Positions 60,106 through 64,000 of a DNA stretch of 64,000 bases are shown piece by piece; position 1 is the stretch's first letter, and every line of letters starts with the position of its first letter. Source of the DNA: an uncultured Spirochaetales bacterium. Its GTDB lineage: Bacteria > Myxococcota_A > UBA9160 > SMWR01. The DNA lies in contig CAYTJA010000466.1 of assembly GCA_964437835.1 (NCBI GenBank), positions 6,019 through 70,018 of the forward strand. Reading direction: 5' to 3'. Made by a program: the position numbers and the translations under genes. The notes below the pieces were generated by a model, which saw only the letters and a list, made by a program, of their open reading frames with translations, had not been told where the DNA came from and ran no database searches.

Positions 60106-62144
60106 AGCTCTCGAGCGAAACGCTGCTCGCGCTGGCCTTCTGCTCGATCCTCGCGATCCTCGTGATCCCGCTGCCGCCGGTGCTGCTGGACCTGCTGATC
60201 TCGGTCTCGCTCACGGTCAGCATCCTGGTCCTGCTGCTCGCGATCCACACCGAGCGGCCGCTCGACTTCTCGGTGTTTCCCTCGCTGCTGCTGATGGTCA
60301 CGCTGCTGCGCCTCGGACTCAACGTCGCGACGACGCGCCTGATCCTGCTGCACGGCGCGGACGGCGCCGGAGCGGCCGGCAACGTGATCAAGGCCTTCGG
60401 CGACTTCACCGTCGGCGGCGATCCGACCGTCGGCATCATCCTGTTCGCGATCTTTGCGGTGATCAACTTCGTCGTGATCACCAAGGGTGCCGGCCGCATC
60501 GCCGAAGTCGCCGCGCGCTTCACCCTCGACGCGATGCCCGGCAAGCAGATGGCGATCGACGCCGACCTTTCGCAGGGCATGGTCGACGACTCCGAGGCGC
60601 GCCGCCGCCGCAAGGAGGTGCAGCGCGAGGCCGACTTCTACGGCGCGATGGACGGCGCCAGCAAGTTCGTGCGCGGCGACGCGATTGCCGGCGTGCTGAT
60701 CATGTTCGTGAACATCCTGGGCGGCCTCTTGCTCGGCGTCGTGAGCCACGGCCTTCCGCTCGCGGAGGCGTTCCATACCTACACGATCCTGACGGTCGGC
60801 GACGGCCTGGTGACGCAGGTGCCGGCGCTGATCGTCTCGACCGCGGCCGGTGTGGTCGTGTCGCGTGCTGCAGCCGGTGCGCCGCTGGCCGACGAGCTGC
60901 GCACGCAGCTCTTCGGCCAACCGCGCGCGCTCGCGATGGCCGGCGGCATGCTTGGGGCCATGTCGCTGGTTCCGGGCCTGCCCTTCCTGCCCTTCGCCGC
61001 GCTCGCTGGCGGCGCCTTCGCGCTCGCTCGCGGAGCCAACGCGCGCAAGCTCGGGACAGCCGACGCGGCCGCGCCCAGCGCGGCGCCGGCGATCTCCGAA
61101 GAGACCGAGATCCGCCAGGCGCTCAACCTCGACGAGCTCGAGCTCGAGATCGGCTACGGATTGATCCCGCTCGTCGACCCGGCGCGCGGCGGCGAGCTCG
61201 CGGGACGCATCCGCGCGACGCGCCGGCAGCTCGCCTCCGAGCTCGGCTTCGTCGTGCCCCTGGTGCACATCCGCGACAACCTGACGCTCCCGCCGGGCGG
61301 CTACCGGATCCTGCTGCGCGGCAACACGATTGCGCAGCGCGAGATCCCGACCGGGCGGCTGCTCGCGATCGCCCCCGGAGGCGGAGCCGAGAAGCTGCCC
61401 GGCATCCCGGGCCAGGACCCGGCCTTCGGGCTGCCCGCGCTCTGGATCCAGGAGCGCGACCGCGAGCGCGCGAGCACTGCGGGTTATGCGGTGGTCGACG
61501 CCGCGACCGCGATCACGACGCACCTGGCCGAAGTCGTGCGCGGCCACGCATCGGATCTGCTCTCGCGCCAGCACGTGCGCGATCTGCTCGACCAGCTCGC
61601 CGAGCGCATGCCGCGCCTCGTCGACGACATCGTGCCCGCGATCGTCTCGCTCTCGGTGCTGCACCGCACGCTGCGGCAGCTGCTCTCGGAGCGCGTTTCG
61701 ATCCGCGACCTCGCGACGATCCTCGAGACGCTGGCCGAGTACGCCGCTCGGATCCAGGATCCGGATCTGCTGACCGACCTGGTGCGCGAGCGCCTCTCGC
61801 GCACGATCGTGCGCGATCTGCTCGGAGACGACGGCTCGCTGCACGTGCTGACCCTGGATCCCGAGATCGAGGAGAAGCTGCGCGGCAGCGTCCAGCGCAG
61901 CGAGTCCGGCTCCTTCCTCGCGCTCGACGCCGCGTCGCTCTCGCGCATCGTCGGCGGCATCGAAAAGCTGACCCTCGGCGGCGCGCTCGGTGCGCGCGGC
62001 AGCGCGCCCGCGCTGATCTGCTCGCCGGTCATCCGCTCGGGGCTGCGCCAGGTGCTCTCGCGCACGCTGCCGCGTCTTCCAGTGCTCTCCCACAGCGAGA
62101 TCCCCGCGGAGATCCGCCTCGTGGGAGATGGAGTAGTGAGGTAG
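60102..62144 (+). CDS. flhA: flagellar export-gate protein FlhA
   Basis: ATG 60102 overlaps the flhB stop (ATGA); the track start GTG 60087 is an alternative. FSVFPSLLLMVTLLRLGLNVATTRLIL, FTLDAMPGKQMAIDADL, MDGASKFVRGDAIAG. Confidence 0.95.
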   Translation: MKLSSETLLALAFCSILAILVIPLPPVLLDLLISVSLTVSILVLLLAIHTERPLDFSVFPSLLLMVTLLRLGLNVATTRLILLHGADGAGAAGNVIKAFGDFTVGGDPTVGIILFAIFAVINFVVITKGAGRIAEVAARFTLDAMPGKQMAIDADLSQGMVDDSEARRRRKEVQREADFYGAMDGASKFVRGDAIAGVLIMFVNILGGLLLGVVSHGLPLAEAFHTYTILTVGDGLVTQVPALIVSTAAGVVVSRAAAGAPLADELRTQLFGQPRALAMAGGMLGAMSLVPGLPFLPFAALAGGAFALARGANARKLGTADAAAPSAAPAISEETEIRQALNLDELELEIGYGLIPLVDPARGGELAGRIRATRRQLASELGFVVPLVHIRDNLTLPPGGYRILLRGNTIAQREIPTGRLLAIAPGGGAEKLPGIPGQDPAFGLPALWIQERDRERASTAGYAVVDAATAITTHLAEVVRGHASDLLSRQHVRDLLDQLAERMPRLVDDIVPAIVSLSVLHRTLRQLLSERVSIRDLATILETLAEYAARIQDPDLLTDLVRERLSRTIVRDLLGDDGSLHVLTLDPEIEEKLRGSVQRSESGSFLALDAASLSRIVGGIEKLTLGGALGARGSAPALICSPVIRSGLRQVLSRTLPRLPVLSHSEIPAEIRLVGDGVVR

Positions 62145-62148
62145 TCAA

Positions 62149-63333
62149 GTGCATATCAAGCGCTTCGAAGCAGCGACCCTGCAGGAGGCGGTGCAACAGG
62201 TCAAGGCCGAGTTCGGGCCCGACGCACTGGTGCTCTCGCAGCGGACGCTGAAACGCGATCGCGGCTGGTTCGGCACGGCCGGCAGCGAGGTCGTCGAGCT
62301 CGTCGCCGCGGTCGACCGCGAGGTCCGGCGCGCGGGACAGCCGCCCGCGAATCTCGCCGGACCCGACCCCTCGTGGCGCGAATTCCAGGCCACCAAGGCA
62401 CTCGTCGACCCGCTCGAGCAGGAGTTCCGCGCGCTGCGCGACGAGCTGCGCGCGGTGGGCTCCTCGCTGCGCGATCGCCGCGAGCTCGAGCACGATATTC
62501 AGGAGCTGCGCCTCGCCGCCTCCGAGCTGCGGCGCGAGGCCGCACTGCAGCACTGCGAATCCTATGAGGGCGACTTCGTCGGCCGACTGATGGCCGGGGG
62601 CCTCAGCAGTCGCTTCGCCTTCGGGCTCGCTCGCTCCGCTGCCGAGCGCGTGCGCGAAGCGGGCGAGAAGCCACTGCAGGCGCTGAAGCAGGTGCTCGTC
62701 GACGCGCTCGACCGCAAGCTCGTGCCCGCACGCCCCGAAGCGCCCACGCAGGCCGAGCTCCTGATCGGCGCGCCCGGCGTCGGCAAGACGACCTCGATCG
62801 CAAAGCTCGCGGCTGGGCCCTTCAAGGGGCTGGGACCGCTCTCGCTGATCACGACCGACACGCTGCGGATCGGCGCCGAAGCGCAGCTGCGCGGCTATGC
62901 GCAGAGCCTCTCGCTGCCCTTCCTCGCGGCCGTCTCGGCGAACGATCTGCAGGGCGAGCGCGTGATGCACCCGGATCGCCGCCTGCTCGTCGACACCGCG
63001 GGCCGCAGCGCGAACGACCCGATCGCAGTCGCGGACCTGATCAACTGCCGCGCCGCACTGGGCCCCCGCACACGCGTGCACCTCGTGCTCTCGGCAACCA
63101 CCAAATCGGAGGACCTCGTGCGACAGATCCAGCGCTACCAGCCCCTGCGCCCCGACGGCCTGATCGTGACCAAGCTCGACGAGAGCCGCGACGTCGGCAA
63201 CGTCGTCGACGTGCTGCTGCGGCCGGAGACCCCGCCGCTGTTCTGGATCTGCGACGGGCAGCGCGTGCCAGACGATCTGCACCTGCCGCAGCCCGAGCTG
63301 CTCGCGCAGCGCGTGCTCGGGATCGCAGCATGA
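62149..63333 (+). CDS. flhF: flagellar biosynthesis SRP-type GTPase FlhF
   Basis: 394-aa ORF (GTG start). MHIKRFEAATLQEAVQQVKAEFGPDALVLS. GAPGVGKTTSIAKLA, DTAGRS, TKLDES. Confidence 0.9.
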   Translation: MHIKRFEAATLQEAVQQVKAEFGPDALVLSQRTLKRDRGWFGTAGSEVVELVAAVDREVRRAGQPPANLAGPDPSWREFQATKALVDPLEQEFRALRDELRAVGSSLRDRRELEHDIQELRLAASELRREAALQHCESYEGDFVGRLMAGGLSSRFAFGLARSAAERVREAGEKPLQALKQVLVDALDRKLVPARPEAPTQAELLIGAPGVGKTTSIAKLAAGPFKGLGPLSLITTDTLRIGAEAQLRGYAQSLSLPFLAAVSANDLQGERVMHPDRRLLVDTAGRSANDPIAVADLINCRAALGPRTRVHLVLSATTKSEDLVRQIQRYQPLRPDGLIVTKLDESRDVGNVVDVLLRPETPPLFWICDGQRVPDDLHLPQPELLAQRVLGIAA

Positions 63334-64000
63334 GCCAGACCACCCCGAATCGCTTCGACGCTCCGTTTCGCCCGCGCGCGCGCACTGCGACCTCCGCGCC
63401 GGGTCTCGACCGCAACCGCGCGCAGGTCGTCGCCGCGGCCAGCGGCAAGGGCGGCGTCGGCAAGACGAATCTGGTCGCGAATCTCGCGATCGCGGCGGCC
63501 TCGCTCGAAGCGCGCGTGCTGCTCGTCGACGGCGACCTCGGTCTCGCGAACATCGACGTGCTGCTCGGGCTCTCGCCCGAGCGCACGGTGGCCGACGTGC
63601 TCACGGGCGCCTGCACGCTCGAGCAGGCGCTGATCGAGGGGCCGCGGGGGATCCGGATCCTCGCCGCGGCGGCGGGTCGCGCAGACCTCGCCTCGCTCGG
63701 CGAGCGCAGCCTGCGGCGCCTCGCGCGGCTGCTGCGCCTCGCGGCGCGCCGCTACGACCTCGTGCTCGTCGACGCAGGCGCCGGCGTGGGACCTACCGTC
63801 ACGGGCCTGGCGGCCGCGTGCGACCGCGTGCTGGTGGTCACGAACGCAGAGCCGACCAGCCTGGCCGACGCCTACGCGACGCTGAAGGTCCTGCACCGTG
63901 CGCTGCCCGAGCTGCCGACCGAGCTGATCGTGAACGCCGCGCGCAGCGAGGCCGAGGCGCACCGCACGCACCAGAGCCTCGAGCGCGTTGCGCAGCGCTT
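63330..64000 (+). CDS. flhG: MinD/ParA-type ATPase FlhG (FleN/YlxH), 5' part (runs off the window end)
   Basis: Own translation from ATG 63330 (ATGA overlap with the flhF stop): MSQTTPNRF...VVAAASGKGGVGKTNLVANLAIAAAS...LLVDGDLGLANIDVLLGL...LVLVDAGAG. Not in the track because no stop lies in the window. Confidence 0.85.
   Translation, partial: MSQTTPNRFDAPFRPRARTATSAPGLDRNRAQVVAAASGKGGVGKTNLVANLAIAAASLEARVLLVDGDLGLANIDVLLGLSPERTVADVLTGACTLEQALIEGPRGIRILAAAAGRADLASLGERSLRRLARLLRLAARRYDLVLVDAGAGVGPTVTGLAAACDRVLVVTNAEPTSLADAYATLKVLHRALPELPTELIVNAARSEAEAHRTHQSLERVAQR

Overview
This is a 64-kb segment of a very G+C-rich bacterial chromosome. Gene content looks Myxococcota- or deltaproteobacterium-like, perhaps Anaeromyxobacter-type, but the lineage is a guess. 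The G+C bias fills the six-frame track with long spurious Arg/Ala/Pro-rich ORFs. I kept only CDSs supported by recognisable motifs, start-site context and operon geometry, and I trimmed many track ORFs to internal starts.

Layout:
(i) 1-5.1 kb: a visibly lower-G+C defence island with the 5' part of a BREX locus (brxE-like, brxA, brxB, and brxC running off the window). It ends at a 41-nt tRNA-Gln(UUG) 3'-half fragment that looks like an attR scar.
(ii) 5.2-15.7 kb: mixed genes, including transketolase and a UGSC-family selenoprotein gene with an in-frame TGA followed by a SECIS-like hairpin.
(iii) 15.7-38.8 kb: the most unusual part, a redox-plus-signalling supercluster. One operon encodes an LRR protein, an FHA-flavoprotein-2xcNMP-4Fe4S fusion, a membrane protein with two H-x13-H helices, and an FHA-TM-decahaem cytochrome. 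Nearby are a PEP-CTERM-like protein, a beta-barrel OMP and a receptor Ser/Thr kinase. A second operon encodes a tandem GlcG/DUF336 lipoprotein, an AMIN-domain beta-barrel and a decahaem cytochrome fused to LVIVD repeats. A c554-like multihaem cytochrome and an HDOD-GGDEF protein complete the region. I read it as a candidate phospho-Thr / cyclic-nucleotide-gated electron conduit from the cytoplasm to the cell surface.
(iv) 39.3-42.4 kb: an aldo-keto reductase and a molybdopterin oxidoreductase.
(v) 42.4-50.6 kb: a nonulosonic-acid (legionaminic/sialic-like) sugar cluster.
(vi) 50.8-64 kb: flagellar stator, regulatory and export-gate genes (motAB, HK plus sigma-54 RR, fliLMN, fliO-P single ORF, fliQR, flhBAFG).

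I saw no rRNA, intact tRNA, CRISPR array, transposase or integrase. All family calls come from reading the translations by eye; no database search was run.
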